DNA of 64,000 nucleotides, from positions 8,555 through 72,554 of IMG/VR virus record IMGVR_UViG_3300020204_000022. One strand, 5' to 3'. Shown here piece after piece: positions 30,762-38,371 of this stretch. The notes beneath the pieces were generated by a model. The model had not been told where the DNA came from. It made no database searches and was given only the letters and a program-made list of their open reading frames with translations. The DNA is from a virus. The position numbers were made by a program, and so were the translations under genes. Each line of letters begins with the position of its first letter. The first letter of the stretch is position 1.

Positions 30762-31181
30762 TTGATGCTCCATCACCTTTTGGAATTCAAAAAATACGAT
30801 CCTAGGTTAGAATACAAAACCGATACCAGGAGAGATATTTCTTTGGATGACATCAGAAAATCCGGAGCATATAGAAATATTATTGATTTAGGATTTGAAG
30901 AGGAACACTCTCACCAACAGGAATTGAATAACACCTTGAAATTTGTTAGGATAAAACACAAACAAAGAGAAAGGGGACACGGCGATGTTTTTTATACGGT
31001 TCATCCAAGTGGAATTGTCAGAAGGTACAATCCAGAAAAATCACACGAAATTCCAGAAGGAGGGGGAAATGACATCCGAAGATTTCCTAGACCCTTTAAA
31101 ACTTTGAAGGATTATAACAGGGCTTTACAATATCTTTTTAATTATCTCAGAAGAAAAGAATTGAGAAACGATTACAGATAG
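30762..31181 (+). CDS. hypothetical protein (TTG start)
   Basis: 139-aa ORF abutting the upstream stop. Confidence 0.4.
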   Translation: MMLHHLLEFKKYDPRLEYKTDTRRDISLDDIRKSGAYRNIIDLGFEEEHSHQQELNNTLKFVRIKHKQRERGHGDVFYTVHPSGIVRRYNPEKSHEIPEGGGNDIRRFPRPFKTLKDYNRALQYLFNYLRRKELRNDYR

Positions 31182-31190
31182 AATACTTCA

Positions 31191-31200
31191 AAATATATAA
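31191..31200 (+). promoter_or_regulatory. late-promoter-like motif AAATATATAA
   Basis: Intergenic. Ends 39 nt before the GTG at 31239. Confidence 0.4.
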
Positions 31201-31238
31201 TCAATCGTTCATACCTATAAAATTAAAAAATATAGCCA

Positions 31239-33008
31239 GTGAAACATATCAAAAATTTTACAATTTTTCTTTTCGAATCTGAAGAATTCACTAAAGAGGA
31301 CTATTTGAACTTTAAACAATATACAAATAATAGCAAGAAAGGGATTCCGTCAACAAAGGAACAAATGGAAGCAATGAGAAAATATCATAGAATGAAGCGT
31401 AAAGGTTTGGATCCAATTGACCCTTTCCGAGAAAAGAAGGGGGAAAAAGAAGAATTCACGGAAGAAGATCGCCGAAACTTTCAGGAATATATTAAGAAGA
31501 TTTATGCTAAACCAAGATTAGAACCAACGCAAAAAGAAAGAGAAGCATATAATAAATATAGTAGGCAAAAAAGAATATTGGGTCATTCTCCTTTTAAAAG
31601 ACAAGAAGAAGAATTCACGGAAGAAGATTACCGAAACTTTAAGGAATATAATAGGAAGATTTATGCTAAACCAAAATTAGAACCAACGCAAAAAGAAAGA
31701 GAAGCATATAATAAATATAATAGGATCAGAACGAAAGGATTGGATCCAATTGCTCCTTTTCGAAGAAAAGAAGAAGAATTTACGGAAGAAGATTACCGAA
31801 ACTATCGGGAATATAGTAGGAAGTATCAATCTAACCGAATCAACACTAAACCAAGATTAGAACCAACTCAAAAAGAAAGAGAAGCATATAATAAATATCA
31901 AAGGCAACGAAAAATATCGAATCCAATTGCTCCTCTTAAAAAACAAGAAGAAGAATTCACGGAAGAAGATTACCGAAACTTTAAGGAATATAATAAGAAG
32001 ATTAATGCTAAACCAAGATTAGAACCAACGCAAAAAGAAAAAGAAGCATATAATAAATATAATAGGATCAGAACGAAAGGATTGGATCCAATTGCTCCTT
32101 TTCGAAGAAAAGAAGAAGAATTTACGGAAGAAGATTACCGAAACTATCAGGAATATAATAGGAAGATTAACGCTAAACCAAAATTAGAACCAACGCAAAA
32201 AGAAAGAGAAGCATATAATAAATATTATAGGATACGGAGATTATCGGGTCTTCCTTCTATTAAAGGACAAGAAGAAGAATTCACGGAAGAGGAATACCGA
32301 AACTATCAGGAATATAATAAGAAGGTTAATGCTAAACCAAGATTAGAACCAACTCAAAAAGAAAAAGAAGCATATAATAAATATCAAAGAATGCTCACGA
32401 GAGGATTGGATCCAACTGCTGCTTTCACAGGAAAAATTAGAATTATAACAGCAACCGGGGATTGGTCAAAATTAACGCTAGATGGAAGCCCTTTGTTTTT
32501 GTCCCATGCTAACACTTATTTTGTAACATTCTACAAAAATCCCACAAAAGAAATGATAAAGAGACTCCTTGGGGATAGTGACCAGCCGTTTACTTGTGAC
32601 CCAAAGGAAGCAAGTCAGGAAATTTTTGGTGGGGATTTTCCGTACATCAATAAAAAAGAGGGATTGATATTTGCTGCAGATCCTAAATATTCTCCAGCAG
32701 ATTATGAAAATGAATTGGTTCGAACAGCGAAAACCATATGTGAAAACCCAGACGAAAACGAAAATATGGATGGGGAATATGCTTTAAATATTTTAGAGAA
32801 TGGCTGGGAAAACTTCACACCTGAACACATTAACCACTTGATTTTGCTTGCTAGTGAAAGTGCAAAAAAACCATCCGCGTATAATATCTTTTCTAAGGAT
32901 GATATAAAAAGAATTGATCTTTTTTTGAAATTTGCTAAATATAATTTAAAAGGTCAACCATTAAAATTAATGGATCCTAGAATAGAAATTAAATTCAAAG
33001 TAGTTTAA
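31239..33008 (+). CDS. tandem-repeat protein (7 x ~45-55 aa charged repeats) with CTS-like leader and unique C-terminal domain
   Basis: N-terminus MKHIKNFTIFLFESE. Repeat consensus EEEFTEEDYRN[FY]-EYN-KI-AKP-LEPTQKE-EAYNKY-R----GLDPIAPFRRK. Confidence 0.65.
   Translation: MKHIKNFTIFLFESEEFTKEDYLNFKQYTNNSKKGIPSTKEQMEAMRKYHRMKRKGLDPIDPFREKKGEKEEFTEEDRRNFQEYIKKIYAKPRLEPTQKEREAYNKYSRQKRILGHSPFKRQEEEFTEEDYRNFKEYNRKIYAKPKLEPTQKEREAYNKYNRIRTKGLDPIAPFRRKEEEFTEEDYRNYREYSRKYQSNRINTKPRLEPTQKEREAYNKYQRQRKISNPIAPLKKQEEEFTEEDYRNFKEYNKKINAKPRLEPTQKEKEAYNKYNRIRTKGLDPIAPFRRKEEEFTEEDYRNYQEYNRKINAKPKLEPTQKEREAYNKYYRIRRLSGLPSIKGQEEEFTEEEYRNYQEYNKKVNAKPRLEPTQKEKEAYNKYQRMLTRGLDPTAAFTGKIRIITATGDWSKLTLDGSPLFLSHANTYFVTFYKNPTKEMIKRLLGDSDQPFTCDPKEASQEIFGGDFPYINKKEGLIFAADPKYSPADYENELVRTAKTICENPDENENMDGEYALNILENGWENFTPEHINHLILLASESAKKPSAYNIFSKDDIKRIDLFLKFAKYNLKGQPLKLMDPRIEIKFKVV
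31278..32435 (+). repeat. in-frame tandem repeat array, unit about 130-170 bp, one degenerate plus six well-conserved copies
   Basis: Repeated blocks such as gaagaattcacggaagaagattaccgaaactt and ccaacgcaaaaagaaagagaagcatataataaatat recur along the region. Confidence 0.9.
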
Positions 33009-33018
33009 ATTAAAAAAT

Positions 33019-33258
33019 ATGAGTTGCGGCTGCGATCAAAACCAATCATTCGAGAGACAACCAGTTCACAATCCTTTATTGGATTATGATAATCCTAATT
33101 CTTTGAACGGGAGAAGAATTTTACATAGTAATGGTACAGCATTGGAAATCATATCTCCAATTTTGAATCAAAATGATAAAAGATTGATAGGGTTCACAAC
33201 CAGAAATTCATCGGGGAAATTACTTAGAATTTTTGCCGAAGATGTAGTTAGAATTTAA
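33019..33258 (+). CDS. small protein, MSCGC N-terminus (paralog pair)
   Basis: 79 aa. Shares H-S-x-G...I-SPI...G-x-I-x-N...GK-[LI]-RIFA-DV with the next ORF. Confidence 0.5.
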   Translation: MSCGCDQNQSFERQPVHNPLLDYDNPNSLNGRRILHSNGTALEIISPILNQNDKRLIGFTTRNSSGKLLRIFAEDVVRI

Positions 33259-33281
33259 TTTGAAATTTTATTTTGAGTGAA

Positions 33282-33291
33282 CGATATATAG
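33282..33291 (+). promoter_or_regulatory. late-promoter-like motif CGATATATAG
   Basis: Intergenic. Ends 23 nt before the ATG at 33314. Confidence 0.45.
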
Positions 33292-33313
33292 ATAAATTTT
33301 AAACAAACATAAT

Positions 33314-33550
33314 ATGGGCTGCGGCTGTAATCAAATGAATCACGAACAAGGAGCACAAATGGTTTCTTCGAACCATGAAATAATTCATGATGAATTAACC
33401 GGAAAAAATATCAGACATTCTACCGGAAAGATTTTAACCATCTCTTCGCCGATTAGAGACATAAATGGTGATATTATAGGATATATAACCAATAACCAAG
33501 AAGGAAAGGTTATTCGCATTTTCGCAAAAGATGTGTCAGAAGTTCTTTAA
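33314..33550 (+). CDS. small protein, MGCGC N-terminus (paralog pair)
   Basis: 78 aa. Paralog of 33019..33258. Confidence 0.5.
   Translation: MGCGCNQMNHEQGAQMVSSNHEIIHDELTGKNIRHSTGKILTISSPIRDINGDIIGYITNNQEGKVIRIFAKDVSEVL
33480..33488 (+). promoter_or_regulatory. possible internal late-promoter-like motif GATATATAA
   Basis: The only full motif copy noticed inside a coding region. Lies 77 nt upstream of the ATG at 33565. Confidence 0.25.
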
Positions 33551-33564
33551 AAAAAATTGAAATT

Positions 33565-34023
33565 ATGTTTTTTCCAACCGGCAAAACCACACAAGGACAC
33601 ACAGTAGTTTGTTTATGTTGCTGTGACGACCTTCCTTATCATGAATCTAAAAACAATTCTCCGGAAGAAATTTTAGAATCTCTCTGTGAGTGGATGGTTG
33701 AAAATTCATATTGTACCGAAAATTGGCAGGTAGAAAATTACGTTCGTGAATGTGGTTATCCGAAATACAAGATGGAGGAGAGCGAAGGGGGAATGGCTAG
33801 TTTGAACTCAACCCCGGGGATGGGACCGGTGACACCACCAACAGGTCCAGGAACAAATGTAAATTTTTACGATGCCTCCAAGCAAGGATCTGGAGATAAA
33901 TTTGACACTTTAACGGTAGGAACAAATTCTTCAACAATAAAATCTAAAGGAAAAAAACCAAGAAAAAGAATTATTCAATCATTTTCTGACTTTTTGGAAA
34001 CAACTAAGAAATTTCAAAATTAA
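33565..34023 (+). CDS. hypothetical Cys-rich protein
   Basis: 152 aa. VVCLCCCDD...LCEW...YCTE...RECG, then a Gly/Pro-rich and Lys-rich tail. Confidence 0.45.
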   Translation: MFFPTGKTTQGHTVVCLCCCDDLPYHESKNNSPEEILESLCEWMVENSYCTENWQVENYVRECGYPKYKMEESEGGMASLNSTPGMGPVTPPTGPGTNVNFYDASKQGSGDKFDTLTVGTNSSTIKSKGKKPRKRIIQSFSDFLETTKKFQN

Positions 34024-34026
34024 AAA

Positions 34027-34037
34027 AGATATATATA
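34027..34037 (+). promoter_or_regulatory. late-promoter-like motif AGATATATATA
   Basis: Intergenic. Ends 13 nt before the ATG at 34051. Confidence 0.45.
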
Positions 34038-34050
34038 AAAAAACCCACAG

Positions 34051-35436
34051 ATGAAAAACAAAATTTTAAACTTCGACCAATTTTCTTCGATATATGAATC
34101 TGAATTTTATATTAAAGAATCTGAATCTTCTGGAAGTAAAATAGACATAGGGCTTGATGATCTAGCGGTTAGTTCTGAACAAATAGCTGATGTAATGGCA
34201 GAGCTCGATCCTAAAGCAATTAAAGAAAGTGGGACAGGTATTAGTGCATACGGTTCAATTAAACCGGGAGAAAAAGGAGACAGGGTTAAATGGCTTCAAG
34301 GAATACTTGGATTTGAAGGTAAAGATGTAGATGGGGATTTTGGGCCAAAAACAATAAAAGCCGTTAAAGATTTTCAAAAAAATAATAAACTCACTGTAGA
34401 TGGAAAAGTTGGTGTCCAAACTTTGCAAAAAATGGTTGATGTTTTGAAAGTTCCCACTGAAAAACAAAGTGAAATAAATAAATTGTTAGAAGATTTAAGG
34501 GCAAAAATGCCTCCGGAATTGTTAGCTCTTTACGAAGTTTACATCGTTAATACGGATAAATCCGGAAATAATAAAAAAATAATTTTAATACCAAAAAAAG
34601 GTGCTCAAGAAAAAGTACAAGCAGCAAGAGAAAGTGGTATGGCAGAAGGATTAAAATTGTTACTTGAGGGGGTTAAATATGCTGGCAAGGCAATTATTTG
34701 GACTGGAGCCGCTATTGTTCTAGTTACTTTAGAAACAGCTAATGCTATGATATCCGGAATCACTGCTATTTCTAAAATGGTATTGGGTGGAGCTGCTTAT
34801 GTTGCAGGTGTAGCAGTTCAGGGACTTATGGAATTCGGAAAATGGATTGCTAGCGTGGGAGAAAAAGCTTGGGAGGGCCTCAAAGATGCATCTACAGAAA
34901 TTTGGAAAGGTGTATGTGATGCTGTTACACTTCTTGGTAAAGCATCTCTCAAAATTGTATATGGCTTTATACAAGGAGCCCAAGCCGTTGCTTATACACT
35001 CGCTGGTGTTGCATTAACAATTTTCCAAGCAGCAGCTAACACGTTTGATGCAGCCGTCAAAGGTGTAATCTCAGCTGCAAAAGAAGTAAAAACTTTTGTA
35101 GTAAACGCAGTTAAAGCAATTGGTGATGGAATCACAAAGGTGAAGGAGACACTAAAAGCAGGTTTTCAATATGCTGTTGATGTTACAAAGAAAGCTTTGC
35201 AAGGGGCTATTCAAGGGGTTAAGAATTTTGGAAAAAGCGTTGTTGCAGCAACAGAAAGAGCTTACAGCGGGGCTGTTAGCTGGCTATCATCTATGTATGA
35301 AAAAGGAAAGAAATTCTTTGAATCTACTATGTATGAAGTCTATGGTTCAGAATTCTTAAACGAAAATCGTCATTTAATAGAATTTGGAGAACTTGAGTTT
35401 TCTTTATTATCTGATGACTTGGATTGGAGATTGTAA
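34051..35436 (+). CDS. peptidoglycan-binding-domain protein with hydrophobic and amphipathic helical C-terminal half and CTS-like leader
   Basis: N-terminus MKNKILNFDQFSSIYESE. PG_binding_1-like GDRVKWLQGILGF...VDGDFGPKTIKAVKDFQKNNKLTVDGKVGVQT. TM-like AIIWTGAAIVLVTLE...VLGGAAYVAGVAVQGL, then Ala/Lys/Gly/Val-rich helices. Confidence 0.65.
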   Translation: MKNKILNFDQFSSIYESEFYIKESESSGSKIDIGLDDLAVSSEQIADVMAELDPKAIKESGTGISAYGSIKPGEKGDRVKWLQGILGFEGKDVDGDFGPKTIKAVKDFQKNNKLTVDGKVGVQTLQKMVDVLKVPTEKQSEINKLLEDLRAKMPPELLALYEVYIVNTDKSGNNKKIILIPKKGAQEKVQAARESGMAEGLKLLLEGVKYAGKAIIWTGAAIVLVTLETANAMISGITAISKMVLGGAAYVAGVAVQGLMEFGKWIASVGEKAWEGLKDASTEIWKGVCDAVTLLGKASLKIVYGFIQGAQAVAYTLAGVALTIFQAAANTFDAAVKGVISAAKEVKTFVVNAVKAIGDGITKVKETLKAGFQYAVDVTKKALQGAIQGVKNFGKSVVAATERAYSGAVSWLSSMYEKGKKFFESTMYEVYGSEFLNENRHLIEFGELEFSLLSDDLDWRL

Positions 35437-35463
35437 AAATCAAACTTTCACTTATTTCAAAAA

Positions 35464-35489
35464 CCAGATCGTTAGGTCTGGTTTTTTTT
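35464..35489 (+). terminator. intrinsic terminator
   Basis: CCAGATC-gtta-GGTCTGG followed by a T8 run. Confidence 0.85.
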
Positions 35490-35506
35490 GTTGGTACTAA
35501 GACTTC

Positions 35507-35603
35507 GACAAAATTGTTGAATTTATCTGTCCTGCATAGAATTCCCTTTTATTAATGTCTTGACAAATTGTCACCTTTTTTTTAAAAAATAAGACAAATT
35601 GTC
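35507..35603. promoter_or_regulatory. operator-like palindromes upstream of hsp20 (three sites), overlapping a TTGACA box
   Basis: GACAAAATTGTT (35507-35518, imperfect), TGACAAATTGTCA (35561-35573, perfect with central A), GACAAATTGTC (35593-35603, perfect). TTGACA lies at 35560-35565. Confidence 0.55.
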
Positions 35604-35645
35604 GAAAATTAATGTGGAATAAATTTTGGAACAAAATTCGATTAT

Positions 35646-35668
35646 TAAATGTTAAAAAATAACATTTA
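35646..35668 (+). promoter_or_regulatory. AU-rich hairpin occluding the hsp20 start codon (candidate RNA thermometer)
   Basis: TAAATGTTA (35646-35654) and TAACATTTA (35660-35668) are perfect reverse complements with a 5-nt AAAAA loop. The last A is the A of the ATG. Eight A-U pairs and one G-C pair. Confidence 0.45.
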
Positions 35669-36024
35669 TGAACAAATACCGTTTTTATCACCCTCTTGAG
35701 ATGATGGATAGAATCTTATCCAACGATCTCGGTTTAGTTGATTCTGTAGATTACCAGGTCAACGAACAAGAAAATTCTTTGGAAGCCGAATTTAAAGTTC
35801 CAGGATTCGCCCAAAAAGAAATCTCATTGGAAGTAACTGATAACGTACTTCTGGTGGAGGCGAAATCCGAAACCAATAAATGGTCCAACGGATTTTCTAA
35901 AAAATACAAATTGCCGGAGAATGTGGATGGGTCTAAAATGGAGGCCAAATTAGAAAACGGCATTCTTTCTCTAAGAATCCCGAAGAAAAAGCAGGCTATC
36001 TCAAAGAAAATCGCGGTCCTCTAA
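35668..36024 (+). CDS. hsp20: small heat-shock protein (Hsp20/alpha-crystallin family)
   Basis: EAEFKVPGFAQKEISLEVTDNVLLVEAKSE...FSKKYKLPENVDGSKMEAKLENGILSLRIPKKK is a canonical alpha-crystallin domain. Confidence 0.9.
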   Translation: MNKYRFYHPLEMMDRILSNDLGLVDSVDYQVNEQENSLEAEFKVPGFAQKEISLEVTDNVLLVEAKSETNKWSNGFSKKYKLPENVDGSKMEAKLENGILSLRIPKKKQAISKKIAVL

Positions 36025-36050
36025 CCCTAAATATTCGGCAATTTCACAAA

Positions 36051-36079
36051 AGCTCGTTCGAATTTGAACGGGCTTTTTT
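36051..36079 (+). terminator. intrinsic terminator
   Basis: AGCTCGTTC-gaattt-GAACGGGCT followed by a T-run. Confidence 0.8.
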
Positions 36080-36091
36080 ATTTTTAGGCAA

Positions 36092-36493
36092 ATGGAAAGA
36101 CTGATCCAAGAAGATTATCTTTATAATCCGTGGAAAATGATGGTTTGTTGTATTCTTCTAAATCAAACAACCAACCAGCAGGTAAGAAAAATTTTAGATC
36201 CTTTATTTATTTTAATACCCGATCCCATTTCTGCTTCACAAATGGAGCCAGAGAAAATCTCAGAAATTATTCTAAGCACCGGATTTTCTTCTGTTAAAAG
36301 TCAGAGGATCGTGAACATGAGTAAAAAATGGGTGGAAGGATTTGATTCGGTTTTGGAACTTCCTGGTGTTGGCAGATATGCGTCAGATTCTTGGAAAATT
36401 TTTGTTGATAAAAATCTCAGCATCCAGGTGACAGACAAAAAGCTTCAGGCCTATTTGGATTCCGTTTTGGCGTTCCCTGAAAGTGTCTCGTGA
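36092..36493 (+). CDS. HhH-GPD DNA glycosylase, MBD4-glycosylase-domain-like
   Basis: LIQEDYLYNPWKMMVCCILLNQT...LELPGVGRYASDSWKIF aligns by eye with the MBD4 catalytic domain ([23 protein letters not shown]...ELHGIGKYGNDSYRIF). Confidence 0.8.
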   Translation: MERLIQEDYLYNPWKMMVCCILLNQTTNQQVRKILDPLFILIPDPISASQMEPEKISEIILSTGFSSVKSQRIVNMSKKWVEGFDSVLELPGVGRYASDSWKIFVDKNLSIQVTDKKLQAYLDSVLAFPESVS

Positions 36494-36777
36494 ATTCTCT
36501 GTTTGACGTACTTTAAAATTTTCTTCGAATTCTTGTGATCTTTGGCGAGTACCTTTTGGAATTCTTCTTCCTCCGCCAATTCATCAAGGTAAGAGTATAA
36601 ATCAGTGGTGTTGTAAAGATCGTCTACAACCCTGGGCATTTGTGTGTAGGCGGGGCGGTAATTTCTAGAATTTACATTGTCTTTGTACCATTCCCCGGGT
36701 ACTGCCACGCTACCTGGAGCGAAGGCGCTCCAGTTTTCTGAAACGAAATTTCCGAAACTTTTAAGATTGTCCAACAT
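36451..36777 (-). CDS. hypothetical protein with CTS-like leader
   Basis: N-terminus MLDNLKSFGNFVSEN. Its 3' end overlaps the glycosylase 3' end convergently by 43 nt. Has its own ATATATA motif just upstream. Confidence 0.5.
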   Translation of the reverse strand: MLDNLKSFGNFVSENWSAFAPGSVAVPGEWYKDNVNSRNYRPAYTQMPRVVDDLYNTTDLYSYLDELAEEEEFQKVLAKDHKNSKKILKYVKQRIHETLSGNAKTESK

Positions 36778-36781
36778 AAGT

Positions 36782-36791
36782 GTATATATCC
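36782..36791 (-). promoter_or_regulatory. late-promoter-like motif GGATATATAC (minus-strand reading)
   Basis: In the 30-nt divergent gap between 36777(-) and 36808(+). About 4 nt from the minus-strand ATG. Confidence 0.4.
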
Positions 36792-36807
36792 ATTCAGGAT
36801 TTCATTT

Positions 36808-38211
36808 ATGATAGTAGATATTGAAAATAAAGGTGAAGAACTTAAAATTTCGACCTTTACAGAAGAAGGTGGAATCAAATTCATTAACGTTCCAATTCCA
36901 CCAGAGGAAAGATTTGTATGGCAAATTTGTTCGCACAGTGATAGGGACCGGGATAAAACTTGGAAAAATTGGGAAGGATCCTCAATCAAAAAGCACAAAA
37001 ATACGAAGTACGACAAATATCGAATTTTACAATTGCTCGAAGAGGCAGATCCAGAACTAACCAAGCCTCTCTGGGAATTCCAAACACCCAAAAAATTCTT
37101 TGTGGATATTGAGGTCGAAATGACCGACGAGATGAAAGATTCTTTGGATACAGAGAAGGCAAAAAATAAAATTTTGTCCATCGGGATAGCCACAGATAAA
37201 TGCAAATTGATTGTCCTGGGGCTGGATGATTTGGACGCCGAACAACAAGGATTGATCTACCAACAGGTCAACGAGTATTTACAACAAACAGGAGACACCT
37301 GGGACTTTAAGTACAAAAAGTTTGAGTCTGAATACGACATGCTTTACACCTTCTTCAAGGATATAGCATCCAAAATGTCAGTCATCACAGGTTGGAACTG
37401 GTTTGGTTATGACTGGCCTTATCTTATCAATCGGGCGAAGAGGCTTGGGATAGATCCTAAGATCATTTCTCCGAGTGGTTATTTGATTGGTCAAAATCAA
37501 CTTCCAGCCCACATTCTCATGGTTGACTATCTTGAAATTTACAAGAAGTGGGATAGGGTAATAAAAATCAAAGAAAGCAATCGTTTGGATTATGTTGCAG
37601 AAAAAGCAACCGGATTGAAAAAAATCCATTATGAGGGAACACTCCGAACCCTTTACCAATCGGATTTCACCAAATTCATTTTTTACAACGCAATTGACTG
37701 TGCACTGGTTCATTACATCGACAAGAAATTAAAGACGATGTTGACCTTCTTTAAAATAGCGAATTTAAACGGGGTTGAGATCAATAGGGCTTTGTCCCCA
37801 GTTTGGTCTACCGAGGTGATGATGATGAGAAAATTTCTTGATCGAAAACAGGTTTTTGTGCAAACAAGAAAGGATGAAAATCACGTCAAATTTGCTGGTG
37901 CATATGTCAAAGATCCAATTGTTGGATTGCACGAATGGGTAGCATGTTATGACTTCGCTTCTCTGTACCCCAACACGATCGTGCAGTGGGGAATCTCGCC
38001 CGAGGTTTATAAAGGTAAAAATTTATTGGACACAAAAGAAAGTTGGATCAAAACTTCCTCCGGAGCTGTGTTTGGAGGAGACGATGAAGATCCGATTTTG
38101 AAGTCGATCATTAAGGACCTGTATGCCAAAAGAAGACAGGCCAAGGATAAGATGTTAAAACTTCAAATAGAAATCGACCAGTTGGAGAAACAATTAAAAA
38201 AATTAACGTAA
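36808..38211 (+). CDS. polB: family-B DNA polymerase, N-terminal fragment only (exonuclease domain through palm motif A)
   Basis: Exo I FFVDIEV, Exo III YNAIDCALV, motif A YDFASLYPNTIV. The ORF stops about 60 aa after motif A. Motif B (K-x3-NS-x-YG) and motif C (YGDTDS) are absent from every ORF in the window. Confidence 0.85.
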   Translation: MIVDIENKGEELKISTFTEEGGIKFINVPIPPEERFVWQICSHSDRDRDKTWKNWEGSSIKKHKNTKYDKYRILQLLEEADPELTKPLWEFQTPKKFFVDIEVEMTDEMKDSLDTEKAKNKILSIGIATDKCKLIVLGLDDLDAEQQGLIYQQVNEYLQQTGDTWDFKYKKFESEYDMLYTFFKDIASKMSVITGWNWFGYDWPYLINRAKRLGIDPKIISPSGYLIGQNQLPAHILMVDYLEIYKKWDRVIKIKESNRLDYVAEKATGLKKIHYEGTLRTLYQSDFTKFIFYNAIDCALVHYIDKKLKTMLTFFKIANLNGVEINRALSPVWSTEVMMMRKFLDRKQVFVQTRKDENHVKFAGAYVKDPIVGLHEWVACYDFASLYPNTIVQWGISPEVYKGKNLLDTKESWIKTSSGAVFGGDDEDPILKSIIKDLYAKRRQAKDKMLKLQIEIDQLEKQLKKLT

Positions 38212-38248
38212 GAATTCCACATCAGACCCCAAGTTTCTAGGTCGGGCT

Positions 38249-38258
38249 TGATATATAA
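38249..38258 (+). promoter_or_regulatory. late-promoter-like motif TGATATATAA
   Basis: In the 160-nt gap after the polB fragment. Ends 7 nt before the ATG at 38265. Confidence 0.4.
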
Positions 38259-38264
38259 AATCCA

Positions 38265-38330
38265 ATGGGAAAAAGAATGATTTATTTGATTGCAAACCTG
38301 TCTAGTGGGAAAGATGTACTATCAAATTAG
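38265..38330 (+). pseudogene. possible remnant of a GIY-YIG homing endonuclease gene (21 codons)
   Basis: Translation MGKRMIYLIANLSSGKDVLSN*. IY-x-I-x-N-x3-GK matches the first half of the GIY-x(9-11)-YIG motif. The YIG half is missing or frameshifted. Confidence 0.25.
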
Positions 38331-38371
38331 AAGTAATTATAACACCGAATACAGAAAAATTTAAAAGAAAA

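Noticed and set aside
31278-32435. Possible CRISPR array or satellite (regular ~135-bp periodicity)
   Set aside because: The repeats are in-frame coding repeats of one long ORF with no unique spacers. The same reasoning applies to the 63-bp LRR repeats.
35497-35691. 64-aa minus-strand ORF across the hsp20 upstream region
   Set aside because: It spans the terminator-to-start regulatory gap containing the palindromes and hairpin. Its composition is low-complexity AT-driven.
36672-37205. 177-aa minus-strand ORF
   Set aside because: It is antisense to the polB fragment, which carries clear Exo motifs. It has no recognisable features and no promoter-like motif.
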